This document shows, piece by piece, positions 47,373 through 56,563 of a DNA stretch of 64,000 nucleotides. Position numbers and translations under genes: made by a program. Source of the stretch: an uncultured delta proteobacterium (GTDB lineage Bacteria; Myxococcota; B64-G9); NCBI GenBank assembly GCA_963754925.1, contig CAVWHX010000004.1:384001-448000 (forward strand), given 5' to 3'. The notes under the pieces were generated by a model that saw only the letters and a list, made by a program, of their open reading frames with translations, did no database searches and was not told the DNA's origin. Numbering within the stretch: the first letter of the stretch is position 1; the number at the start of each line of letters is the position of its first letter.

Positions 47373-48515
47373 CTATGCTTGTTTTCTACGTTGTGGCGGT
47401 ATCCTAACGATTCGTTCGCCTTCAATCAACGAGATGGCATTTGCCGGGCAGAAAGAGGCACACACGCCGCAGCCAATGCATAATTCTTCTTTTCGTTGAG
47501 CCTTCTTGTCATCTCCCAAGGATGCGGCGCCGGTATGACAAACCTTCGCGCAAGTTCCACATCCGATGCATAACTCCTTATTCACCCTCGATAAAAAATT
47601 AGTCGCATTGGTGATCGGGGCTATCATGTTATCAACCGAATTTCCACAGCAGCATCGACAACAGTTGCATATGCTGGTCTCATCCTTACGGGTGTCAAAA
47701 TTCGGGTGGTAGGCCTTGTGAACCAGCCCTGCTTCTTCGGAGCGTTTCAATACCTGAAGCGCCTCTTCTTTTGAAACCATCCTCGAAAAACCCTGTTCCG
47801 AGGTATACCGCGCGGATTTGCCGAAGGTAAAACAGTTTTCCCGTTCCTTGGTCTGCTTGCAGGGATTGCCCGAAAGATCTTTATAGTGACGGCAAAAACA
47901 GTGACCCAGGGCAATCTCGTCGAATTTCTTGATAAGCTCTTCAACTTTTTGGGTCGGTACAATCCGGTCGACAGCGGTTGCCAATTCTTTATTAATAATG
48001 ACCTTAACTCGCTCCTTTTTCGGCTTGTTCTCCAAAACAGGCACGGTTCTATCGATTGGAGGCGCACTCATCAAGAAAGGAACGAGCGTGTCATAGTTTT
48101 GCTGAAGCATGTTCCTTAGCTCAGAAAATAATTTGTTAAATAGAGCTGTTATCTCCTGTGTCCGGTCATTACGCTCGATCGTGCCCATAAAATTATATTC
48201 AAAGGTGCCCACATTAAACAGCGGCAACAATCGGTAGACCATCATGCCCTTGCTGTTGGGTTGGTTAAAAATGACGCCTCGTTTTGAAAGCCCTTGTATC
48301 TTCTTTAAAATCTCTTCTTCGGATAGGTTGCTGCTTTGCTTCAGTTGATCCATAGTTTGTGATTTCTGATCCTTAAACGCCGCGATAAAATCCACTTCGT
48401 CTTCCATAATAAAAGATCTTAATAGTTTTATGAGGGTGTCGTTGACCGGCAGCGGGGTTCCGCCAGCTTTGGCGATTGCCTCTGCGGCGGTTTTGTATTT
48501 ATTTTCAATGTCCAT
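47373..48515 (-). CDS. 4Fe-4S ferredoxin-domain protein with an N-terminal HTH-like region
   Basis: CFCR, ICNCCRCCC, CIGCGTCAKVC and CIGCGVCASFCP. Confidence 0.88.
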   Translation of the reverse strand: MDIENKYKTAAEAIAKAGGTPLPVNDTLIKLLRSFIMEDEVDFIAAFKDQKSQTMDQLKQSSNLSEEEILKKIQGLSKRGVIFNQPNSKGMMVYRLLPLFNVGTFEYNFMGTIERNDRTQEITALFNKLFSELRNMLQQNYDTLVPFLMSAPPIDRTVPVLENKPKKERVKVIINKELATAVDRIVPTQKVEELIKKFDEIALGHCFCRHYKDLSGNPCKQTKERENCFTFGKSARYTSEQGFSRMVSKEEALQVLKRSEEAGLVHKAYHPNFDTRKDETSICNCCRCCCGNSVDNMIAPITNATNFLSRVNKELCIGCGTCAKVCHTGAASLGDDKKAQRKEELCIGCGVCASFCPANAISLIEGERIVRIPPQRRKQA

Positions 48516-48619
48516 GTTGTTACCTCCAGGTTCGCAAAGCCATAATCTCTTTTCTTTTCCTTTGCCGCTTTTGTCTTGTGACGCGCTGCTGAAGCCTACG
48601 TTGAAGCTAACCCCGAACT

Positions 48620-48731
48620 CATTTTCGAGTCAACGATTATGCTGGATTGTGAAAAAGCGTGAAAAAATTCGTGCCGTTAAGCTATAGTCGGAGGTTGGTA
48701 ACCGACAACACCGAGGAAGGAATCCCGGATG
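48620..48731 (+). pseudogene. Possible decayed remnant of the ftsE 3' end directly before ftsX
   Basis: Across frames it reads ...SHD..W.VKK..KIRAVKL*..RLVTD...GIPDG, compared with the FtsE end VATHDRNWVEQTNKRTIQLERGRVTAGGMPDS. Judged by eye only. Confidence 0.4.
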
Positions 48732-49622
48732 GCACGAGTGCTCTATTTCGCCCGCCAAGCGCTAATCGATCTTCGACGCAACCTGTTTGTCACCAGCGTG
48801 ACGATGGTGACGGTAGCGGTGGTGTTTCTCGTACTCGGGGTGTTTGCCGTGATCGGATACAACCTCTACTCGTTAGAGGAGCAGCTGAGCGCAGAGCTGC
48901 AAATGTCAATCTATCTGCGTGACGACCTCCGCGCGGAGCAACGCGACGCGCTTGAACATCTGCTGGCTGCATCGAACGGTGTGGCGGCCGTCCGATTCAA
49001 GAGCCGCGCAGAGGCCCTTGAGGAGTTCCGCAACCGTCTCGGTCCTGACATGACTATCTTAGACAGCCTTTCGGATAATCCGGTTCCGGCCTCTTTCGAG
49101 GTGACTTTCACCACGGGCGGACGAAACACCGCAGCCATGCACGACCTGGCTCAACAACTTTCCGGTATGCCCGGTGTTGAGGAGGTTCAATACAGCCAAG
49201 GATGGATGGAACGCTTCTTTGGTTTCTTAGAAGCAAGCCGCACGGTAGGGTTCATCATCGTTGCATTGATAGTGCTCTCAACCTTGATGATTGTCTCTAA
49301 CACTATCCGCCTTGCGGTCTATGGTCGTCAGGAAGAGATTCAAATTCTCAAACTGGTCGGCGCAACCGATCGATTTGTCAAGGCGCCTTTCTGCATCGAG
49401 GGTGTTGTGGTATGCACCATCGGCGCGGCGGCGGGTATCGGATTGAGCTGGCTGCTCTATCGGTTGGTGGTGCCAGAAGTTCTGGTGCCAACAGGTTTTG
49501 GCGGCAGCGGAATAACGATTATTTTTCTTCCCGCTGCTGGTGTGGCGGGAATGGTGGTAGGCGGAGCACTCTTGGGACTCTTAGGCACCATGACCAGCCT
49601 CGGCAAGCACCTTAAAATATGA
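48729..49622 (+). CDS. ftsX: Cell-division permease FtsX
   Basis: NPVPASFEV and NTIRLAVYGRQEEIQILKLVGATDRFVKAPF. Confidence 0.93.
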   Translation: MARVLYFARQALIDLRRNLFVTSVTMVTVAVVFLVLGVFAVIGYNLYSLEEQLSAELQMSIYLRDDLRAEQRDALEHLLAASNGVAAVRFKSRAEALEEFRNRLGPDMTILDSLSDNPVPASFEVTFTTGGRNTAAMHDLAQQLSGMPGVEEVQYSQGWMERFFGFLEASRTVGFIIVALIVLSTLMIVSNTIRLAVYGRQEEIQILKLVGATDRFVKAPFCIEGVVVCTIGAAAGIGLSWLLYRLVVPEVLVPTGFGGSGITIIFLPAAGVAGMVVGGALLGLLGTMTSLGKHLKI

Positions 49623-49673
49623 ACCGGTTGCCCCGGGCAACAACCTCTCGTTGCAGGGGACAGGGCATTTTCA

Positions 49674-50828
49674 GTGCATGTCATTGGTTACTCAACCTTG
49701 AGCGTAAGATTCCGAGCGGCGCTGTTTTGCGTAGCGTGGTTGGCGGTCAATACCATAAGCAATCTCCTTGCCGCCGAGCCCGACCCCCAAAGGATCAAAT
49801 CCAGTCTTGAGCACGAACGACAATTCATCGAGCGCCTGTCCGAGGAGTCGCAATCCCTCCTCGCAACGCTTGACGAGCTCGACCAGAGACTCGGTCGCGC
49901 TAATAGCGACTGGCGGGACGCGCAGCGTCTCCTGGAACAAGCCGAGCAAGCGCTGCTTGGGCAGCAAGCGGAAAGCGCGCGCGTCAATCAGGAACTTATC
50001 GAGGTCCGCGCTCGATTGCGCAGCCGCCTGCGCGGGCTGTATAAGCTCGGCGAGCTTGGTTGGTTAGGCTTAATTTTCGACGCAGAGTCTGTTTCGGCGG
50101 CGCTTCGCAACGTGAGCCTTATTGAGCGGGCGGCGCGTTCGGATCGGTTTCTTATCGCCTCGGCAGAACGTCTTCAAACTGAGCTGGCCGAATCGGAGCG
50201 TCAATTGCTCGCCAACCGTCGAAAGGCTCAAGCGCTTGAGGAAAACGTGCGTCGGCAACGCGATCTTGTTCTAGAATCGTCAGCCGAGAAACGCCGGGCA
50301 CTTGGTTTAATACATGGACAAAAGATACTGCACCTTCGGGTCGTCAAGGAACTCAGCCAGGCGAGTAAAAATCTCGCGCGCATGGTGGCGACGATACAGC
50401 AGCCGGCAACGGTGCATAATGACTTCGAACGTTGGCAGGGGCGATTACCGACCCCTGTCACCGGAGCGCGGATCGAGGTGCGCTTCGGCAAGCAGGTTGA
50501 TCCTCACTTTAAAACGGTGACCCTCTCGCAAGGAGTTGATCTCCGTGCGGAGAAAGGCACGCCGGTTCGCGCCGTTTATCAGGGAGTGTTGGCGTACGCC
50601 GAGCCTCTCTTGGGTTACGGATTATTAGCGATCCTCGACCACGGCGGCGGTTACTACACCCTGTACGGCCACCTTGATCATTTCCAGGTTCAGAAAGGTA
50701 CGATGATCTCCCAGGGCCAGCCCCTCGGAACGCTCGGCGACAGCGGCTCGCTGAAGGGAGCGTACCTTTATTTTGAGGTCCGCCATGGCGGTCGAGCAGT
50801 CGATCCCGAAAAGTGGGTAAAATTCTGA
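49674..50828 (+). CDS. envC: EnvC-like coiled-coil/M23 murein hydrolase activator
   Basis: Long coiled coil and a degenerate M23 domain (QGVD, TLYGH, LYFEVR). Follows ftsX. Start uncertain. Confidence 0.85.
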   Translation: MHVIGYSTLSVRFRAALFCVAWLAVNTISNLLAAEPDPQRIKSSLEHERQFIERLSEESQSLLATLDELDQRLGRANSDWRDAQRLLEQAEQALLGQQAESARVNQELIEVRARLRSRLRGLYKLGELGWLGLIFDAESVSAALRNVSLIERAARSDRFLIASAERLQTELAESERQLLANRRKAQALEENVRRQRDLVLESSAEKRRALGLIHGQKILHLRVVKELSQASKNLARMVATIQQPATVHNDFERWQGRLPTPVTGARIEVRFGKQVDPHFKTVTLSQGVDLRAEKGTPVRAVYQGVLAYAEPLLGYGLLAILDHGGGYYTLYGHLDHFQVQKGTMISQGQPLGTLGDSGSLKGAYLYFEVRHGGRAVDPEKWVKF

Positions 50829-50867
50829 TCGCGAGAAGCATCATCAAATATGCGGAGGGAAAGTAAC

Positions 50868-51285
50868 ATGTTGCGATTGTCGGGAAAGATGGAAAAGGCT
50901 GGTAAATATTGGGCCATAGAAGTCCCTCTTCTGTATATCTACACTCAAGGACGCACAAAAAAAGAGGCTTTCGAAATGCTTAAAGATTGCCATTGAGAGC
51001 CTTGCCGAAGAAGAGGATTTCTTCGAAGTTATCCCAGGAAGCGGCGAACGCTTTGAGATTTGTTCGAAAGATGCAGCGAGATTTACCACCTTTATTCTAA
51101 AACGGCAGCGACAAAAACAGGGATTATCGTTGTCGGATATGTCTAAGCGACTTGGACGAAAGTCGAGAAACACCTATGCTCGATTTGAGCAAGGAAAGAG
51201 TGATCCAACGATTTCAAACTTGTTGAAACTCTTGTCCGCCGTCAATTCTTGTGTGGATATTACCATCTCTGAGACGGATAGGTAA
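50868..51285 (+). CDS. HicB-like antitoxin with a C-terminal XRE HTH, +1 frameshift near 50988
   Basis: Hand translation: MLRLSGKMEKAGKYWAIEVPLLYIYTQGRTKKEAFEMLKD/AIESL...LKRQRQKQGLSLSDMSKRLG...YARFEQGKSDPTIS. Extra T in GATTGCC. Not in the ORF track. Confidence 0.78.
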
Positions 51286-51341
51286 AATACCAGGGAGTTG
51301 CCTTCCGAGAGGCCTCAGAGGGCAAATGGTTCATTACGGGG

Positions 51342-51908
51342 TTAGGTCAATAGCGGAAGAGTCGATATGTCTAAATTGGCGTCTGAAGATTCATCTTCGT
51401 CAATCTTGGTCCTGAGCAACAGCTTTAGCGAATAGTCCATCTTTGTTACGTCAGGCAAGGCAGCAAGGTAATCGCGTATTTTTACGCAGCCTTCAAGAAC
51501 ATCACAGTACAAGGCATATGAATTGATGTATATCTGTCCATTATATCTAAACAATATAATACCGGTGCGTTGTGCGAAGATACCGGCGTTCTTTGGATAA
51601 AGCTGATGCATCACTCCGCATCGAATTATGCCATAAAACACAGACTCGTTATGGTATTTTGCCTTATTAAAGAAACGAGTGTCGTTAATCAACTCGTTAA
51701 AGAGGGCTTTGTTAGTTTTCTTGAGGTCGAATGTTTGATAAATGATCCACGCGAATGCATCAAAGGCCGCCATAGCAGTACATATCATTGCGAAGCCGAG
51801 TTTTCCACGTAAGGCAGGGTTATCCAACACATTCTCAAAAGAAGCCTTGTCATTGGTAAGATAATCAATAGTATGGTTTGCAAAATCAACGACATCGTTC
51901 GGGCTCAA
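51342..51908 (-). CDS. Hypothetical protein (AT-rich)
   Basis: 188-aa ORF with an AAGGAG RBS and a TTG start. Confidence 0.7.
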   Translation of the reverse strand: MSPNDVVDFANHTIDYLTNDKASFENVLDNPALRGKLGFAMICTAMAAFDAFAWIIYQTFDLKKTNKALFNELINDTRFFNKAKYHNESVFYGIIRCGVMHQLYPKNAGIFAQRTGIILFRYNGQIYINSYALYCDVLEGCVKIRDYLAALPDVTKMDYSLKLLLRTKIDEDESSDANLDISTLPLLT

Positions 51909-52109
51909 AGAGATCTCCTTTCAATCTTGGAAGCTGGGTCTAACATGTTATTCTTTGGTTCTGAATATTACCACATCCAGGGAGATATATAGAAAGGTGA
52001 AAATTGCCGTTCATTTTATACCATTAATTATCTTTGGGGTTATCAACATCAGGGGATCCCTTCCGAGGGGCTTTGCAGCGCAAATGGTCGCCTCGTTTTC
52101 TCTATAGCC

Positions 52110-52400
52110 TCAACTTGCCTTCTTCAGCGCGATTACGGATTTGTGTTTCCGCAGCGCATGCCACAGGTCCCAGTTTCTCTGTAGGTTTAGCCAAAACTCG
52201 GGACCGGTACGGAAAGCCTCGCCAAGAGCGAGAGCGGAGTTTGCGGAAATCCCTCGCCGACCGTTGACAATTTCGTTCAGCCTGGTCCAGCTCCAACCGA
52301 GATGTCGCGCAAGCTCTACCTGTGTCATGCCCATAGGTTCCAGAAACTCCTTGAGCAGCATCTCTCCAGGATGCGTTGGCGGTCTTTTCTTTGGCAGCAT
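52110..52400 (-). CDS. higA: HigA-family antitoxin
   Basis: PTHPGEMLLKEFL...NEIVNGRRGIS...FWLNLQ. Confidence 0.9.
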   Translation of the reverse strand: MLPKKRPPTHPGEMLLKEFLEPMGMTQVELARHLGWSWTRLNEIVNGRRGISANSALALGEAFRTGPEFWLNLQRNWDLWHALRKHKSVIALKKAS

Positions 52401-52418
52401 ACTTTTTCTCCCTAAACA

Positions 52419-52829
52419 TCACGCTTTAACCAACATAAAATGCTCCTTGGGTGTCACAATTTTCACAGATTTATAGGTTTTCAACTCCAGTAAATCCTTA
52501 TCGCCGGTCACAATCCAAGCAGCCTTGGCGCTTACGGCAACGGAAAGGAATTTATCATCGTGTGGATCGCGGCAGACTCCCCTAACCTTTTCCTTGATTT
52601 CGATCACTTCAAAAAAGGGAAGTATTTCATCCGCGATAATTGACTGTATTTCATAATCGCGAAGCGCAAACTTCGGATAACTCAGAACGGTCTGGAGTTC
52701 TCTAAACGTCTCTTTCGAAATCACCGGGATTATTCTACCCGCCTTCCACTGATCCACTAGTGTCGCCAACTGTCCTTTAAGCAGGAGCGCCGAAACGATC
52801 ACGTTGGTGTTGAGTACGACCCGTTTCAT
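52419..52829 (-). CDS. PIN-domain toxin; first conserved Asp replaced by Asn
   Basis: RVVLNTNVIVSAL, CRDPHDDKFL and IVTGDKDLL. Confidence 0.87.
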   Translation of the reverse strand: MKRVVLNTNVIVSALLLKGQLATLVDQWKAGRIIPVISKETFRELQTVLSYPKFALRDYEIQSIIADEILPFFEVIEIKEKVRGVCRDPHDDKFLSVAVSAKAAWIVTGDKDLLELKTYKSVKIVTPKEHFMLVKA

Positions 52830-53065
52830 TTGCTTTTCTTTCTCGCCCAGGTAACCGCGTCATGCACCTCTTTCTCGGTAATCCCCAACAATAGCATCTT
52901 TTCCCGAATGCTCTCCAACGAAGCCTTTATCGGGACCACCTTGACCGGAAGCAGAATGATTCGATCGTCTTCCACCGTGGCATCGAACAAGTCGACCCCT
53001 GGGAATTTGTCAGCAACCTCCTTTGGAAGGGTAAGCTGATTTTTTGAAGTCTTTTTGGCGAGCAT
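52826..53065 (-). CDS. AbrB/MazE-family antitoxin
   Basis: MLAKKTSKNQLTLPKEV and an ATGA overlap with the PIN gene. Confidence 0.87.
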   Translation of the reverse strand: MLAKKTSKNQLTLPKEVADKFPGVDLFDATVEDDRIILLPVKVVPIKASLESIREKMLLLGITEKEVHDAVTWARKKSK

Positions 53066-53076
53066 GCTCCTTACCT

Positions 53077-53115
53077 CCTTACAGTAAGGATACATTTATA
53101 TCTTATAATTTGCAA
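53077..53115 (-). promoter_or_regulatory. Sigma70 promoter with a palindromic operator for the AbrB-PIN operon
   Basis: TTGCAA-N17-TATCCT, with the inverted repeat CCTTAC-T-GTAAGG (53077-53089) overlapping the -10 region. Confidence 0.6.
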
Positions 53116-53230
53116 GTAAGAATGTCATCGGGCAATCCGCACCGCAACACCCCTCCCCTGAAGGGACAAGATACTGTAAGTATCGCTTCGCTCACTAACA
53201 GTCTCAAGCGAGATGGCGACCACCCGATAT

Positions 53231-53323
53231 CCGTGTCCTTCGAGACGTGGCGCTTCGCGCCACTCCTCAGGAACACGGCATATTTTCCGACTTCCTGAGG
53301 AGCGGAGCGTCTCGAAGGAAGTC
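53231..53323. repeat. Inverted pair of REP-like palindromes
   Basis: ccgtgtccttcgagacg..ctcctcaggaacacgg followed by the reverse-oriented gacttcctgaggag..cgtctcgaaggaagtc. Confidence 0.7.
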
Positions 53324-53429
53324 AAGTTGACTCTTTCCCTCTACGCAACCCCCTACAATGAGGCTCATTGACCGGAACCAGCCTTGGGTGTATGGAAGAG
53401 CGCGTAACCATAAAGAGGAGATACGTTTT

Positions 53430-54104
53430 GTGATTCATCTTGAGAATATTTCTCGGGTCTACGGTGCGGGCGCGGGAGTGACCGAGGCCTTGCGCGAGGT
53501 CTCGTTGGACGTGGCCGCGGGCGCTTTTGTGACGGTGGTGGGAACCTCGGGCTCGGGCAAAACCACCCTGCTCAACATCATCGGCGGCCTTGACACGGAA
53601 TACCGCGGCCGGGCGTTGGTGGCGGGCCGGGATCTCAAATCGCTTGCCGACGCTGAACTCAGCTGCTTTCGCAACCAAACTGTCGGGTTTGTCTTTCAGC
53701 ATTTCCATCTGCTCGACCACCTCGATGCGCTGCAAAACGTCGCCCTCCCGAGCTTCTTTGGGAGCGACAAACACGACGTTCCCGGTCGGGCTGAAGAAGC
53801 GTTGGTCAGAGTGGGCCTCAAGGACAAACTTCGATCGTTGCCGAGCCAGCTCTCGGGCGGCCAGAAGCAGCGGGTGGCAATCGCCCGGGCGCTGTTCTCC
53901 CGACCGCGGCTTATCCTCTGCGACGAGCCGACCGGCAACCTCGACCGTCGCACCAGCGCGCAGATCATTTCGTTGTTCGAATCGCTCAATCGCGACGACA
54001 CCATCACGGTCATGGTGGTCACGCATGAAGACTCCTTGTTTTCGGCCATAAGTCAAACCGTACACATTGAGGACGGCCGGTTGGTCAGCGGAGGCGCCGC
54101 ATGA
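53430..54104 (+). CDS. ABC transporter ATP-binding protein (LolD/MacB-like)
   Basis: GTSGSGKT, LSGGQKQRVAIARA and DEPTGNLD. Confidence 0.92.
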   Translation: MIHLENISRVYGAGAGVTEALREVSLDVAAGAFVTVVGTSGSGKTTLLNIIGGLDTEYRGRALVAGRDLKSLADAELSCFRNQTVGFVFQHFHLLDHLDALQNVALPSFFGSDKHDVPGRAEEALVRVGLKDKLRSLPSQLSGGQKQRVAIARALFSRPRLILCDEPTGNLDRRTSAQIISLFESLNRDDTITVMVVTHEDSLFSAISQTVHIEDGRLVSGGAA

Positions 54105-55456
54105 CATTCGCCCGGCTTTTTCAACTCATCCGCCAGAATCTTCAACGCAACCGTAAGAACCTCGTTTTTTCCTCGATCGGCATCGTGGTCGGGATCAGCA
54201 GCTTCATATTCTTTGTTACGCTGGGAGCCGGGATCAGGGAGGTGATAGCGACCAAGATCTTCCCGGTTGACGCCAATCGCATCCAAATCGTGCCGCGCAC
54301 GATGCAGTTCGGCGAAGGTGCCGGTGCCGGCCTCATTGATGACGACGCGCTCAAGTACATCGCAGCGATCCAAGGCGTCAAAGAAATCTACCCGCGCATG
54401 AAACTGGACTTCCTTGCCACCCTTACCATCAACGGCAGAAACATATCGCCCGCCACCCTAGCGCTCCTCGGGCGCCTCCCGGGAATTACACCGCAACTGC
54501 TTGCGGCCATACAAGATGTACGAGTCTGGTTGGAGATAATGGGCAACGGCATCGATCCGCGACTGGTTAAAGATGACGCCACGGCAGGAACCTTCGCCGA
54601 TCCGGGACCGGGCCGACCTATTCCCGTGCTGCTATCGCGCCGCATGATCGAGCTCTACAACGGTTCGTTTGCCGAGGCGCGCCACCTGCCTCAGCTTCAC
54701 GACTCGTTGTTGCCGTTCCTGCCGTTGTTGCCGCTGACGCTGAATAATTCGTTCATTTCCCGAGAAGTACGCGGCGCGCCGCAGGAAGCCAGTATGAAGA
54801 TCGTCGGTATCAGCCGCCACGCTCTCATGGGCGGGATAACCGTGCCGCTCGACACTGCCCGCCGACTCAACCGTCAATTTGCAGGCGAGGGCGCCGCCCA
54901 TACCTATGACGCGGCTGTCGTTGAAGTTGCTTCGGCGAAGTGGCTTACGCCGATCCAGGAGCAGATTAGAACGTTGGGCTACGACGTGGATCTCAGTGAA
55001 CGGCGTATGGCGGAGAGCATCGGCTTGGTGGTGGTGCTGACGACGCTCGGCTTTACGTTAATCAGCCTCGTTATTGTCGGCATCGCGGCAATCAATATCG
55101 CCCACACCTTCTTTATGATTGTTTACGAACGCAAGCGCGAGATCGGGCTCATGCGCGCCCTGGGCGCCACCCGGCGCGATATTCGCGCCACTATCCTGGG
55201 AGAGGCCGCCTGTGTTGGAGCCGGCGCCGGCGCCATCGGCCTAGGGCTTGGATTTAGTTTCTGCCAACTCGTTGATTACGTAGTCGGCAAGATCCTCCCC
55301 AACTTCCCCTTCAAGCCGGAGAGCTTCTTTGCCTACTCGCCGTGGATGTTTGTCGGCGGGTTGCTCTTCGCCGTATTGTTTTGCTACCTCGGGGCTTTCT
55401 TCCCGGCCCGCCGTGCTGCAAAGGTGGATCCGGTGAGTGCGCTCAGCGGCCGCTAG
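54101..55456 (+). CDS. ABC transporter permease (MacB/FtsX-like)
   Basis: ERKREIGLMRALGA and PARRAAKVDPV. Confidence 0.9.
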   Translation: MTFARLFQLIRQNLQRNRKNLVFSSIGIVVGISSFIFFVTLGAGIREVIATKIFPVDANRIQIVPRTMQFGEGAGAGLIDDDALKYIAAIQGVKEIYPRMKLDFLATLTINGRNISPATLALLGRLPGITPQLLAAIQDVRVWLEIMGNGIDPRLVKDDATAGTFADPGPGRPIPVLLSRRMIELYNGSFAEARHLPQLHDSLLPFLPLLPLTLNNSFISREVRGAPQEASMKIVGISRHALMGGITVPLDTARRLNRQFAGEGAAHTYDAAVVEVASAKWLTPIQEQIRTLGYDVDLSERRMAESIGLVVVLTTLGFTLISLVIVGIAAINIAHTFFMIVYERKREIGLMRALGATRRDIRATILGEAACVGAGAGAIGLGLGFSFCQLVDYVVGKILPNFPFKPESFFAYSPWMFVGGLLFAVLFCYLGAFFPARRAAKVDPVSALSGR

Positions 55457-55488
55457 TTTTACGACATCATTACTTTAGACAACGAATC

Positions 55489-55555
55489 CTGGATCCCCGC
55501 CTGCGCGGGGATGACATCATTGCTCATTCGTCATTCCCACGAAAGTGGGAATCTA
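55489..55555. repeat. REP/dRS3-like palindrome pair, possibly acting as a terminator
   Basis: ctggatccccgcctgcgcggggatgac and gtcATTCCCacgaaagtGGGAATcta (ATTCCC-N8-GGGAAT). Confidence 0.75.
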
Positions 55556-55608
55556 AATTAGAGTCATACAATTTATTAGTTTGAAAAATTGTCAATCCTG
55601 TCCGATAA

Positions 55609-55638
55609 TTGACGACTCAGCGCATTAAGAGTTATAAT
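55609..55638 (+). promoter_or_regulatory. Candidate sigma70 promoter
   Basis: TTGACG-N18-TATAAT upstream of 55721. Confidence 0.55.
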
Positions 55639-55720
55639 AATTTTAATCGGGGATTTCGTCGAAAGAATCGACAAAAGAACAAAAAGTTATACGAATTTCC
55701 AGTTCTAAAAGAGGTGGAAT

Positions 55721-56281
55721 ATGGTCAAAATAAAGGGACTACCTTTGTTAACATCCAAGAATTTTATCCTGGAACGATATGGTCAAGAAGCGTATGAGAA
55801 AATAATTAACGCACTTAGCGAGGAAGATAGAAAAATATTTAACGGAGTAATTCTCTCTTCTCAATTTTACCCGCTCGATGCGTATGTGCATTGGCTCGAA
55901 TTGGAAGTTAAACTATTATACAATGGTGACAAGTTTGTGTTAGTACGACAGAATTTAGAAGCAACCGAGAAAGCAGTCAAAGGAATATATAAGATTTTTC
56001 TTTATTTAGGTTCGCCGGAAAAAGTTCTCGAGCGGTTGGGTAGAATAAACAATCAACTGTTCGAGAACTTAACTGTCCAAACGACAAAAATTGAAAAGGG
56101 CAAAGTTCTGATAACCGTCAGGGGATATGAAAAAAAACATGCAATATTTGAAATACTTATTAGTGGTTTTTGGTTGACCATGTTGAAGTTGATGGGAGCT
56201 AAAGATTATAAGTTTGAACCCAGGATTTCTATTGCTGACGGCCAAGATCGTTGTGAATTTCTTCTTAGTTGGACAAAGTAA
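55721..56281 (+). CDS. Hypothetical protein (H-NOX/V4R-like fold possible), AT-rich
   Basis: IKG..FILERYGQEAYEKII..FYP and C-terminal CEFLLSW. RBS GAGG. Confidence 0.7.
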   Translation: MVKIKGLPLLTSKNFILERYGQEAYEKIINALSEEDRKIFNGVILSSQFYPLDAYVHWLELEVKLLYNGDKFVLVRQNLEATEKAVKGIYKIFLYLGSPEKVLERLGRINNQLFENLTVQTTKIEKGKVLITVRGYEKKHAIFEILISGFWLTMLKLMGAKDYKFEPRISIADGQDRCEFLLSWTK

Positions 56282-56563
56282 AACTGTATAACTAATGATC
56301 TCGCCTGAAGAACACCGAACGCCTTTGATTAGTTGACCAAGCATCTATCTTTCTCGATCGTGTCAGTAACCATTAACTATGTCGGGTTTATGGTTCGTCT
56401 TCTGGTCAACGCGTTCGTTTCCCGGGCGATCTCCCCTTTGAGTGTGGTTTTTAATTGTACTTGAGTTTTGTTCGGGTTTTATATTGAGCTAACGTATTAA
56501 TGTACGTTGTCTGACATCTATCGGCGATCAAGGAATCATAGAACATCCGTTGGATATACGCGT

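Noticed and set aside
49619..49810. ATGA-coupled ORF after ftsX as a frameshifted envC start
   Set aside because: There is no recognisable motif to place a frameshift, so the envC start is left uncertain.
53330..53400. Possible remnant of the envC 3' end (IDRNQPWV vs VDPEKWV)
   Set aside because: The similarity is too weak and gapped.
56390..56470. Possible remnant of the ABC permease 3' end
   Set aside because: Only short gapped matches.
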